From Emiliania huxleyi CCMP1516 (lineage: Eukaryota), in contig NW_005202427.1 in assembly GCF_000372725.1 (NCBI RefSeq), positions 1,090,459 through 1,154,458 of the forward strand: DNA of 64,000 nucleotides. Reading direction: 5' to 3'. Both the position numbers and the translations under genes were made by a program. The notes below the pieces were generated by a model. The model did no database searches. It saw only the letters and a list, made by a program, of their open reading frames with translations, and was not told the DNA's origin. Shown in pieces: positions 34,592-46,074 of the stretch. Numbering within the stretch: the stretch's first letter is position 1; each line of letters starts with the position of its first letter.

Positions 34592-35826
34592 CTAGAGGTC
34601 GATGCCGCGCTCCTCGCACACGGCCACCAGCTCAGGCTGCTTCTTGCTGCCCACGACGAGCGTCTGCACGCGAGGGGAGGTGCGATGAGCATTGGGCCGG
34701 GGAGGGGCGTGTGGCGAGGGGGCGGGGCGTCTCGCGCCTTCATGCTCGGGGCGGCCCCCTCCTTGAGGGCGGCGGCCAGCGCCTTGCAACCCTCGTCGCC
34801 AATCTGGTTGCCTTCGAGATCGAGGAACTCGAGCCGCGGCGCTGCTCCCTCCTTGCCGAGGGCGGCGGCCAGCGCCTTGCAACCCTCGTCGCCAATCTTG
34901 TTGTTGCTGAGATAGAGCGTCCCGAGCCGCGGCGCTGCCCCGCTCGCGAGGACCTCCGCCAGCTGCGCCGCCTCCGCGTCGCCCCAGTCGAGGCTGGTGT
35001 AGTCCAGCACGGTAGCCTTGCCAAACTGCTCCTTGAAGGCGGCCTCGTACAGCCGCTTCACCAGCGGCTTGTCGTCCTTGCCGTTGGTGAAGCTCTTCGT
35101 CTCCAGCTCCGCCGCGAACACAGACGGCAGCAGCGGAGGGCGCCGGCCGCCGCTCTGGGTGCAGTCGCCGGTGAGGCTGTGGAAGCCGTACTCCTCGCCG
35201 TCGCGCATCTGGCCGAGGTCGAGCGAGAGGAAGCCGTCCTTGGTCAGGCTCGCCCAGGCGTTCTCGGTGTAGCACCAGCCGCGGTCAAAGTACTTGGCCA
35301 CGTTGGTGCCCTCGGCGTGGTCCTCCGCCTCGTGGCCGTCCGGGAAGGAGGTCAGCCGCAGCACGAATGTCTGCGGGTGGGAGTAGAGCGTGCCGAGGCA
35401 GCCCAGCCCCTGCTTGAAGAGCGCGTTCTGCTCCTCGGTGCGCACGACGCCGTTGGCGGGGTCGGGGTGCTGGTGCAGCGAACCGAAGTCCCAAAAGACG
35501 CCGAGCCGCGGGATGTACTCAGCGGTGAGCAGGGCCCTGAGCGCCCTCGCGACGCGGGCGAGGTTGGCTCCCCGCGGGTCGGGGTGGTCCTTGGTCAGCC
35601 ACGGGTAGGAGAGCGCGGCGACGGGAAGGAAAACGGCATCCTCATGGATTGCCTTGACGAGGTCAGCGAGGGAGAGGAAGGCCTCTTCGGGCAGCGCCTG
35701 GCGGTGAGTGAGGGTGCCGCCCGCCTCGGCGTGGCGGATGATCCACTGCGCGTCGAGGAGGGCGACGGCGCTGCTCGCGAGGACCGGCTCCAGGTCGCCG
35801 CCGCCGCGCTTGCGCCACTTCTCCAT
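34592..35826 (-). CDS. HET-like (TIR-related) domain + RNI-type leucine-rich repeat protein
   Basis: AALSYPWLTKDHPDP, VFWDFGSLHQ, LYSHPQT and YFDRGWCYTE, then LRRs (LDYTSLDWGDAEAAQLA; LYLSNNKIGDEGCKALA; LDLEGNQIGDEGCKALA). GC-AG intron near the 3' end; the last exon ends RGIDL*. Confidence 0.85.
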
Positions 35827-35946
35827 CCTCGCAAATCGCTGCCCGCCACGGCCGAGGCGACGGCCGCTCTCGCCGACCTCGAGGCGGCCGAGGCTGCGGA
35901 GGAGCGCGCCCGTGCGCCTGTCAACTTCCCGAAGAACTACCTCCCT

Positions 35947-38457
35947 GTAGCTCTTTGTGTTGCGATGCTTCCTGGCGAGAGAGTGCTGGGCTTTCCGGCC
36001 CACACTCGGCTCTTGAGGCATTTATCGGCATTAATATGCCGTAGGGACACACAGCAAGGAGAGTAGTGTCTACGCGCGCACACGCCCGAGTGCCAATTTG
36101 GCTACGGGTTAGGGTTGCGTTGTCCTAACGCCTCCGTCCGTCCTGGACGGGCGTTGGCGCGTGCATATCCCACCGCTAAGCTAGCGACACTACTGCTAAT
36201 GCTGGCCTCGTCCCCTCAAGTTGAGCAGCTTGGCCTTGCCATACGGTTCGACTGCTCAGACACTGGAGGAGATAAGGGGATGGTGGTGGGTAGAAGAATG
36301 CGGAACGAGCAGCCAGAAGCAGTCGCGCGAGTCAGAGTCGGGCACGAGACGTCGAGCATCGAAACCGTCCGTTTCGTGCGCCCGTCCCCAATACAGGATT
36401 CCCCTGTCAGGGTGTGAACATCGTGCACTCGATGGTTTTCCCCGGCCCATGCCGGGTACTCTCCAGTCGAATCTGACGTTTGGCTACACTAGTAGAGCCG
36501 TGGGCTCATTTCACGTAGCTCTTTGTGTTGCGATGCTTCCTGGCGAGAGAGTGCTGGGCTTTCCGGCCCACACTCGGCTCTTGAGGCATTTATCGGCATT
36601 AATATGCCGTAGGGACACACAGCAAGGAGAGTAGTGTCTACGCGCGCACACGCCCGAGTGCCAATTTGGCTACGGGTTAGGGTTGCGTTGTCCTAACGCC
36701 TCCGTCCGAGCTCACGCAGACCACGTCGAGCCCATGTCCGACATCTCGCTCGAGCTCGCCCGAGCTCGCCCGAGATCGCGATCTCGTCACGAGATGAAGG
36801 AGAGTAGGCGGCGGCGGCGCTGCCAGCGCGCCCCACGCCTCGCCAAAGCCTCGACGGCGTGATGATCGACATCAGCTCACGCAGACCACGTCGAGTCCAT
36901 GTCCAACCTCTCGCTCAAGATCACCCGAGATCACCGAGCTCGCGATCTCGTCACGAGATGAAGGAGAGTAGGCGGCGGCGGCGCTGCCAGCGCGCCCCGC
37001 GCCTCGCCAAAGTCTCGACGGCGTGATGATCGACATCAGCTCACGCAGACCACGTCGAGTCCATGTCCGACATCTCGCTCGAGATCACCCGAGATCACCG
37101 AGATCGCGATCTCGTCACGAGATGAAGGAGAGTAGGCGGCGGCGGCGCTGCCAGCGCGCCCCACGCCTCGCCAAAGTCTCGACGGCGTGATGATCGACAT
37201 CAGCTCACGCAGACCACGTCGAGTCCATGTCCAACCTCTCGCTCGAGATCACCCGAGATCACCGAGCTCGCGATCTCGTCACGAGATGAAGGATAGTAGG
37301 CGGCGGCGGCGCTGCCATCGCGCCCCATGCCTCGCCAACGCCTCGACGGCGTGATGATCGACATCAGCTCACGCAGACCACGTCGAGTCCATGTCCGACA
37401 TCTCGCTCGAGCTCGCCCGAGCTCGCCCGAGCTCGCGATCCCGCCTCGAGATGAAGGAGAGCAGGCGGCGGCGGCGCTGCCAGCGCACCACACGCCTCGC
37501 CAACGCCACGACGGCGTGATGATCGAGATTGAACCGCGCCCCAACACGGTCCAGCTCGCGCCCGCTATCGAGGCTCGCGGTCGAGCTCGCAGCTGTGCAG
37601 GCCTGTTCCCTCTGCGGCCTCAGTGGCCTGCGCAGCGCGCTGCTGATGGCGGAATAAGAGCGACCTCGTTCACGACGTGCCGTGCGCCTCGTCAGAGCCA
37701 CGACGGCGTGACGCCGTAGAGCCGAGCACGTCGAGTCCGTACGCAGCATCTCACCAGCTCCTGTTCAGTCAGCGGCCTCAGCGGCTTGTGCGGCGCTTGG
37801 CTCCGTGACCTGAGGCAAACCCCTTGCTGCACCAGTGCCAGCTCCGACAGGTGCAAGACAGCGCCGCTGTCTGATGCTGCCACTCACCGCCTCTAGCATC
37901 CCCGTCACTCCCTGTGCACTTCGCCCATGCCTGACGGGAGCTCCTCATGCCCTCTCCCCATGCCTGACGGGAGCTCCTGCATGCCCTCTCCCCCGACGAG
38001 GCGCCTCAGTCCGCGTACTCCGCGTCCGTTGCGAGGTGACGGACGGCGCGACCACCTCCGCACGCACGTCTACACCGCCTTCTTGATTCCATCCACCAGC
38101 GGAAAATCAAGCGATGTGATCCCAGAAGGCTTGCGTGATGCGTCGTCATGACGGGTGTCACTGCCGCGGCGCCGCGCCGCGTGCCGCGTCGTCGCGCCCT
38201 GTGACGAAGGATCCGGGACAGTACTGGCCATAGAAGAATGCGGAACGAGCAGCCAGAAGCAGTCGCGCGAGTCAGAGTCGGGCACGAGACGTCGAGCATC
38301 GAAACCGTCCGTTTCGTGCGCCCGTCCCCAATACAGGATTCCCCTGTCAGGGTGTGAACATCGTGCACTCGATGGTTTTCCCCGGCCCATGCCGGGTACT
38401 CTCCAGTCGAATCTGACGTTTGGCTACACTAGTAGAGCCGTGGGCTCATTTCACGTA
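35947..38457 (-). mobile_element. Non-autonomous split-direct-repeat element (TOC1/PAT/Ngaro-like tyrosine-recombinase retrotransposon architecture)
   Basis: 194-bp repeat A at 35947-36140 and 36515-36708; 227-bp repeat B at 36291-36517 and 38231-38457; 150-bp unique spacer. GTA is shared at both termini and at the internal B/A junction. No coding capacity. Confidence 0.75.
36709..37530. repeat. 164-bp tandem array, 5 units, inside the split-repeat element
   Basis: agctcacgcagaccacgtcgag recurs at about 36709, 36873, 37037, 37201 and 37365. Confidence 0.95.
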
Positions 38458-39384
38458 TCGGAGTTTTGCGCTATTGAAGAGGTGTGAACGTGAACAGAGT
38501 CATACCGCACCGTGGCTCGTTACGGCACGCATGGGGGGCCTCCCGGACGTATGACCCTAGCCCAATAAGTCCCACAGAGCACATTTCGATTTTTGACAGA
38601 ATTAAATGCACTGCCCCCGCACGGTACTAACTATCGTAGTTTTGTGCCGGGTGCCCTTCACGGCACCACACCGCCGCAAGACAGCCCGAGATTAGCCTAG
38701 CAGCGAGTGGGCATCGCCTGCCGGTCGGCTGGGCACGAGCCAAGCACTTGGGCGGCCGTCAACCGAGTCCGAGCGGCGCCTGAGGTGGGTGCCACGGCGT
38801 CTGCACGAAGGCGTGGCAGGGTGAGGATCCAGGAGTGGTGAACGCCTCCCCGTCGGGCGCGCGGCGCGCCGGATGGTCCGCCGAGGCCGCAGCCGCCCCG
38901 GCGGCGGCGATGGGGGCGGCGGGGCCGACCCGGCCGGCGTTTGTCGGCTCCACCTACAGAAGAGCAGTCTCTGTGGGTCGACGATACTAACTCGGTAGTA
39001 ACGCGGAGCGGTGCTGTGCGGCGCCGAGTTGTGCGCGAGGCGACCTCCTGAGGCTACCTGAGCTGGCAATGGATGCCACCAGGACGCACGGCTAGCAGGA
39101 GCCAGTCAGGCATGCCCTGCTGTGGAGCAGAGCTGGCTGGCGCACCGGCGATACTGACTCAGCGCGCCGCGAGAGGCGAATCTGGGCGACTTTGGAGGCG
39201 CAGTTCTCGAGCTTGCCGTCGACGATTGATGTCGGGTAAATTGTCACTGCCGTCCGGGAAGGTCTTCTCTCAACAGGCCGAGCGCCGTGGCCTGGCTCGG
39301 CTCGCCGCGGACGGCACGAATTTATCGCGCACAAAACTCCCGAGACCTCGATACTAACAAAACTCCGATACAGGAGGTACCTAG

Positions 39385-39800
39385 GTACCGTTCTCCAAGA
39401 ACGGCACTCACCTGTACGCCCACACACCGTCGCGGGGTGGCACGGCACGAAGCCGGAGAACGCGACCATCTCGGGCGACAAGGAGAACTTCTACAACACG
39501 ATCGCCCAGGCGCTCACGGCCGACAACAAAAGCCTGACCCCAACGGCTGTGGGCGCGTCAAGCTCCTCGACTGGATCCGCAAGCGACGCCCTGACCTCCT
39601 ACCCGTCGCTCGCCTCATCATGGGCACGCCCAGCTTCATCCGCCTTGTCAAGGCCGAGGGCGCCTTGCGGCTGCCTTCCGCCGACGGCGGTGACCTGGAC
39701 TTCTCCGCCGCCGATTGGGACCCACTCAGCCTCGAGTGCCCCGACTACAACGACCCCAACTACGCCAAGTCCGCCTGCCTACTCCGGACCAAAGGGACAG
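39385..39800 (+). pseudogene. Degenerate reverse-transcriptase fragment of a non-LTR (CRE/NeSL-like) retrotransposon
   Basis: Across frameshifts: FSKNGTHLYAHTVAGW..PENATISGDKENFYNTI (cf. G.E...H.V.....L..D..NAFN), RVKLLDWIRKRRPDLLP, and a KG(T/Q)Q-like motif. Confidence 0.4.
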
Positions 39801-40212
39801 CAGGCGGCGGGCAGCACACAGCCCGCGCCGCCCGCAGAGCCGCCCGAGCCGCCGGCGCCTCCGAGCCGCTGGTCGGCCATCGCGGCGGTCCTCTCGTTGC
39901 AGAGCTCGGCCGAGAGCGCGCCCGCCGAGGCGGGGCAGGCCGAGGCGTGGCAGCGCTTCCTCGACGGCGCGACGCCGGTCATTTTGCGGCTCCTGGTGGT
40001 GTAGGGAGCACACTCGGCCACAGTGTGTTTTACACCGTCACAGATTGAGACGCGGCGCTTTTAACCAAAGCGTGTTCCGTGCACTCCGTAATTAACCGGA
40101 ACAGGATGCCTATCGGGCTAAGATCCGAGTCGTTCACTGCCCTGGCCAAAGGGTTCTTACGCACAGTCTCTTACGCACAGCTGAAGCTGCCGAACAGTGG
40201 GGTTTCTTGCAC

Positions 40213-40857
40213 TCACCGACACTCCGACAACTCTTTCAGCGGGTCGATGATGAAGTAGACGATCAAGGCGATGACTCCTGCCACTATCCCCAGGCATACC
40301 ATGACACCTCCTGAGGTGAGTCCAACTGCTAGGATGCAGCACCTTCGCCGGTCTTCCTTCTGCGTGGTACGGATCCTCTGCGCATGAATCGCCTCATCTG
40401 TTGCTCTCTGTGCAGCTCCGCCGTCTCTCGCGTAGGTGACCGTCACTTCAGCGCCCGCATTGGGAGGAACCGTCACCTCCAGCTGCCGCCCCGAATGCGT
40501 TGTCACGAGCAGCATGTCGCCTGCTCTGGACTGGGGAGGAATTGGCACCTGAATGTCGCTTGTTGTTGGACTCTGCACCTGGCCTTGGACTGGCTGGCCT
40601 TGGACGGGCTGGCCTTGGACGAGCTGGCCCCGTACGGGCTGAGCGGTTTCGGCCGCGGCTATGGCGACGGGTGCCGTATGGCTCCGCTCTGCGCCGCCCT
40701 CCAGTACGCTGTCCACCCGCTCCGCCTCTGGGTATTTGAGCGACTCGACGATGTCTGTCGACTGCCGCGACTCGACGATGTCCGTCGGCGCGTCTGTGGC
40801 ACTTGACGGCTCGGCTCTGCTGGCCGAATAGGATGGTGGCGCGTCGCCCGTCTCCAT
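40213..40857 (-). CDS. Small hypothetical tail-anchored membrane protein
   Basis: PPSY motif, QPVQG repeats, VPIP...AGD.LLV.T.SG..L.VTVP module, and CC followed by a long C-terminal hydrophobic helix. Confidence 0.45.
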   Translation of the reverse strand: METGDAPPSYSASRAEPSSATDAPTDIVESRQSTDIVESLKYPEAERVDSVLEGGAERSHTAPVAIAAAETAQPVRGQLVQGQPVQGQPVQGQVQSPTTSDIQVPIPPQSRAGDMLLVTTHSGRQLEVTVPPNAGAEVTVTYARDGGAAQRATDEAIHAQRIRTTQKEDRRRCCILAVGLTSGGVMVCLGIVAGVIALIVYFIIDPLKELSECR

Positions 40858-41641
40858 GTGTTGGTAGGCGGCGTGTGTGTGTGCAGTCCGTGCGGAGCTA
40901 TATCGATGTCTTCGGCGGAGCATGGGACGGCCGCAAGAGGCGTACCTGGATGAAGTCTGGCGGGCATGATGCCCCACGAGCTAAACCAGCGTAGGTATAT
41001 TGTTGGCAAATCAAGACACAGAGCTCACACAGAATCACAGCGGTTCCCGGATGGCTGTCTATTATGAAATCCATGACGTGTGCCATCAGACTCACGCTCA
41101 GGCGCATGCGTTGGCTGTCGAGCGCCAACGGCCTTGCGGAGCCTCCTCGAGGCGCAGAAGAAGGGAGCGAGCGTCTTCGACGGCGTCAGCAAGTCGCTCA
41201 TCTACTCGCCCTACCTAACCAAAAAAGCACGATTCTCAAGTTGGGCGCTCATGCTGGCCCCCGCAGGCGGTTGCAGCGAGAGGAGCGAGGTAAAAGACAC
41301 ACTGTTGAAAGGTTGGAGAGCAGCCTGCCGTCGAGCAGCGCGCCGCGCAAGCCCGCTGCCGGCGACCTGATCGAGAGCTCGTAGTCATGGTAGTATTCAG
41401 CGCGCCATCGCGCCCGAGACGGCCCGCCCTGGCCCTGTCGGCCTTCCCAGACAGCTTGTCGAGGCGGTACAGAGTGCCGAGAGCATGCTGGGCAGGCTCC
41501 CGTCGAGCGACGAGCCATGCTGGCTCGTCGCCGGCGGCGAGCTGTGAACAGCAAAACGGGACAGGGTGGCAAAATTCTTCTTCGCCGCTGCGTCCACTGA
41601 GGCTGACGGGCTGCTCCTGAGCGTCCCCGCTGAGCGTCCAT

Positions 41642-43492
41642 ATGAGGTGCCACTACGAGGTGCTCGGCGTCGAGCGGGACGCGGACGACGACGCGCTCAA
41701 AAAGGCGTACCGCAAGCTGGCGCTCAAGTGGCACCCCGACAAGAACCAGGACCAGATCGAGCTCGCCACCGAGACCTTCAAGCAGATCCAGTCCGCCTAC
41801 GCGGTGCTCTCGGATAAGCACGAGCGCGCATGGTACGACGACCACCGCGAGGCCATCCTGCGCGGCGCCGGCGGCGGCTCCGCGGGCGGCGGCGACGAGG
41901 ACGACGACGGCGGCTTTGACCTGTGGGCGTACTTCTCGTCGTCCGCCTACTCGGGCTTCGGCGACGACGAGCGTGGCTTCTACGCGGCGTACAGCCGCGT
42001 GTTCGAGGCCGTCGACAAGGCGGAGCGCGACAGCGGCGCCAAGGGCAAGCCGCCGGCTCCGGAGCTCGGCCGGTCGGACGCCGCGTGGAGCGAGGTGCGC
42101 GGCTTCTACGCGCACTGGGAGGCCTTCTCGACGGGGCGCTCGATGGCGCACGTGGACCTGTACGACACGCGCGAGGCGCCCAACCGGCAGGTGCGGCGCG
42201 CGATGGAGAAGGAGAACGACAAGGCGCGCGCCGCGGCTCGCAAAAAGGCAAACGAGTGCGTGCGCGCCCTCGCGGCGTACGTCAAGAAGCGCGACCCACG
42301 GGTGGCGGAGAACCAGGCGCGGATTGGGCGGGAGCGGTCTGAGGCGGCGGCGCGCGCCGAGTCGGAGCGCAGGCAGCGGCAGGCGGAGCACGACCTCGCG
42401 CGCACGCAGGAGCGGAAGGAGCGCGCCGCTGCGTGGGATACAGAGGAGGGGGCGGAGCTGGACCGGCTGCTGGAGGGCTACTCGGACGAGGAGGAGGACA
42501 AGGGGAGGAGGCGCAAGGGCAAGAAGGGCAAGAAGGGCAAGAAGGGCGGAGGCGGAGGCGGCGGGGGAGGCGGCGAGGGCGGGACTTCGGCGGCCGACGC
42601 GGACGCGGCCGAGGGGAAGGGCGGTGCGGCTGCGGGCATGCTGCCTGCCGGCGGGTGCGAGGAGGCGGCCGAGGAGGGGGCGGCGGAGGAGGCGGACGCC
42701 TTTTACTGCGTCGCCTGCGGCAAGAACTTCCGGAGCGCCAAGCAGTGGCAGAACCACGAGAAGTCGAAGAAGCACGTCGAGCGGGTGCGGCAGCTGCGGG
42801 CAGACCTGTTAGCGGAGGACGAGGCGGCGGCGCTGGCCGAGGCGTCCGAGGCGGCTGAGGCGGCTGCAGCAATGGAGGCTGCGGGCGGCTCGGACTCGGG
42901 AGGCAAAAACGAAACACCACTCGACCGGTTTCTTTTTTCTTAGGCTGCGAGCGGCTCGGACTCGGGAGGCGAGGCGAGCGGGGCGGAGGAGGCGGCAGTG
43001 AGCGTAGAGGAGGGAGAGGAGGAGGAGGAGGAGGAGGAGAGCGAGGAGGAGGAGGCGATCCTGCTGCTGGCGAGAAAGAGGCTCGCTGGCATGGCAGCAT
43101 TGGCCCAAGAGGACGAGGACGACGACGAGGACGAGGACGAGGGCGAGGAGCAACAGCTGCAGCAGCGAGGGCGCGAGCAGCAGCAGCAGCAGCAGGAGAG
43201 CGAGGAGGAGGAGGAGCGCGAGGCAGCAGCGGTCGTGGAGTCGGCAGAGACACCGGACGCCGCTCTGGGGCAGGTGCTCAACGCCGCGGCGCGGCGACGC
43301 GCCAAAAAGTCGCAGCGCCAGCAGGCGCAGGCGGCCGCGGTGGGCGGCGACGGCGAGGACGGCGAGAGCGCGACGCTGTGCAAGGTCTGTGGCCTCGAGT
43401 GCGGCAGTAGGAACAAGCTCTTCCAGCACATCAAGGCCAACCCGACGCACGCCGTGCTCAAGGAGCAGCCAGCGCGAGGCAAGCGGAGGTGA
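41642..43492 (+). CDS. DNAJC21: DnaJ subfamily C member 21 / Jjj1 homologue
   Basis: J domain ([24 protein letters not shown]), [24 protein letters not shown]2H2 fingers [10 protein letters not shown]...HEKSKKH and [19 protein letters not shown]. One intron ending at about 42943. Confidence 0.93.
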
Positions 43493-46074
43493 TGCGGTGT
43501 GCGCCGCGGTCTAGGCTCTTACTCCGTGCGCCCCACGCGGCGGCCGCCCCGCAGCGCGGAGAAGAGAAAAGGTGAAGTTTTTCATCCAGTGACTCTCGTG
43601 CGCCGTTGTTCAAACTCCGCAACTTGAATTCGAACTTGATCTCGCCTCGCGTCGGCTCACGTGGCTCGACGTGCACAGGGGCTCTCGGCGTCTCGCGTCT
43701 CGCTCTCGGGAGAGACGGGACGAAAACAGTTGTTGGGAGAGTCGGACATAGCTTGCTATGAAGGTTATCCTTCAACGTGAGGAGAGGGGGACAGCAAGCA
43801 ATACCCAAAATACGCGATCCAAACTACTCGAGTACCGGTGCCGCGCCGAAAGAGCGCGGCCGTCGGCTCGCAGCGTTGGGCTGCTTGCTCTCTCGAACCC
43901 CATCGTCCGAGTCGTGCGCAATCTCGCGTGATGACATCTCGCCCTGATCCCATGCCAGTGGGGCAGGCGCATCATATCGTCGGCGATGGGTTCCGTGCTC
44001 CCAGACGTAGAGACGTTCCGTCACAATGCCGCCGCATATGCCGCCGCAATGTCGATTGCAATGCAGGCAGCGCAGGAACCGTACTGGTGCGGCAAGGAAG
44101 AGGCCGGCCCACATAGGCAGAATTCCACTGGGGCCACGTGCAAGACAGTATGCAACGTGGCGCCCAGAGAGACAGCTCCCCAACCCGCCGCCGCCAAGGC
44201 ATTGGGCCTGAGGTGGAGCTGTCCGAGGACGGATGACCGAGTCCTCCAGAGGCAAGCCAGAGGCATGCCAATAGCAAGCCAAAGGTAAGCTGCTGGCGTC
44301 CACAGTTGGCGACCTCAGTGTCGACCACAATGGGCGATCACGACGTGGCGTCCCGACACAAGGGTGCCGACCGGGCGAGAACGCCAGGCGAGCCCCACAG
44401 TGGCGTCCATGGCGTGAAGCCAAGGCCGCGCCATGGCGTCCACACAGCCGTGCTCAGGAGCTGCCGTGTTTGTTCGCTCGCGCTCGAAATGTGTGCCTGA
44501 AAGGGTTAATTAAGCCATGATGCGGCTCTCGATAGCACACGGTACTAATGGTGTAATAGGACGAGAAATGTGAAAACGCCGGAATTCTACTCTCGCTCGG
44601 CACACGAGGGCGCGCCTTTCTCTTCTTTCGGGACGTGAGCGACCCGGGGGATGCCCCGCGCGCCTGACCCAGGCGCGAAAACGAATCTGCGAGGCGTGGC
44701 CGCTCATGCGGCCCGATGGGGAGGAGCGGGGCGGACTACGGGGATCGGCTTCTTACACAGCCCTTCCCTGCAGCGAGCCCCCCTCCAACCCACTCGCGCT
44801 AGGTCTCGGGTTTGACGCATGGGGTCACTCCCGCGAAACTCGGGAACTAGCCGGGGCAGTCGGAGAAGGGGCAACTCCGTGCACTGACGGTCGGCCGTCA
44901 GAAAACACGCCTCCGTGGCTCGGGTTACACCAATCCTCGCTACCCAACGCGGCCAAAGGATATCCACCTCGAGAACCTCGAGAACGTGACAGTGTCATCA
45001 CCGACACTCAGGCCGAGACTCAAACCGACAGCTTCTCAACTCTTCAAAGAGCCCCCCAAATGCTGCCCTCTTCCGTCTCGCTGCGCCGGCGTCACAATCG
45101 CAGAAAGCGGGCGAGGTCGCCGCCCGCGCCGCCTATTTGTATCGGCCCGGAGTGGCATCGGCTTCACCGATTCCCGCTCCTCACGGTCAGCGCGGCGGTC
45201 GCTGGAGTCTCACCGAACGCCAATGCATGGACTGCCTACCACGATGCCAGCACGGGCGGCATGTTCCTCTTCAACTCATCTACCAACGCCGCCAAGACCC
45301 TGCTGGATTCGACGGCGCAGCAAGCGCTCTCGACCCGAGGACTGGCAGACGGGGTGGCCGTCGCGACGTGGTGGCGGGCAACGCGGTCGAGGGCGTGGAA
45401 GAGCGCAAGTGCCGCCGCCTCTGCGAACGCCTGAAGTCGAAGCGCGTACTCCCCTCGCCGGCACCCCAGTCGGTGCAGCGCGCTTGGCTGCAGAGCACCA
45501 TCGCGGCGCTCCCGTCGCCCGAGGTGCCCGTTGCGGAGCCACTGCGGTCCACCGACGACCTGCCGCCGCCGCAGTCCGCGTCGCCACCGCCGCCACTCGG
45601 CCGCGCTGCGGCTTATCTCGGCCGCCGCCGCCGCAGGCAGCGGCCGCCGCCGCCGCAGGTTCCTCACGACCTCGAGGTAGGCAGGGAGGCGCCGTTCTGA
45701 GAGCATCGCTGCCGCCGCTGCTGTGACTTGCTGCAACACTGCTCTCCGACCTCCGAGAGCCTCACATCTCGCGAGACGCGCGAGCCGCGAGCGCGACAGC
45801 CGACACCGGGGTGCGGCGGGGGGCCGACGCGCGACGGTGTAGCTGCTAGCTGAGAGGCTTCTGCGGTGTACTAACATGCTCTAAATCAATCCACACAATA
45901 CCCCCGCCCGTGCAGCGTGCTGATTACCCTCGGGCCAGCCCTGCGCACATCTCGGTCTGCGCTCGTGTGCTCTGATACGTGATACCTGACACCCCGCCGC
46001 TCACGTCTGCACACTCTCGCGTGTGATGAGAACAGATCCGCCTAATAGCGTGCCGTCCCCGCACGCGCCACCCC

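Noticed and set aside
35827..36021. N-terminal extension of the 587-aa ORF 34258..36021
   Set aside because: It starts inside repeat A of the inserted element. The likely start is MEKWRK at 35826, and the ORF's 3' tail reads through an intron.
36709..37530. CRISPR-like array
   Set aside because: The units are near-identical over their whole length with no unique spacers, and there are no cas genes; this is a tandem repeat.
44495..44515. piggyBac-like end (aaagggTTAA)
   Set aside because: No matching opposite terminus or transposase found in the window.
45170..45700. WW-like motif gene (WTAYHDASTGGMFLFN)
   Set aside because: Short and frame-broken, with no supportable gene model.
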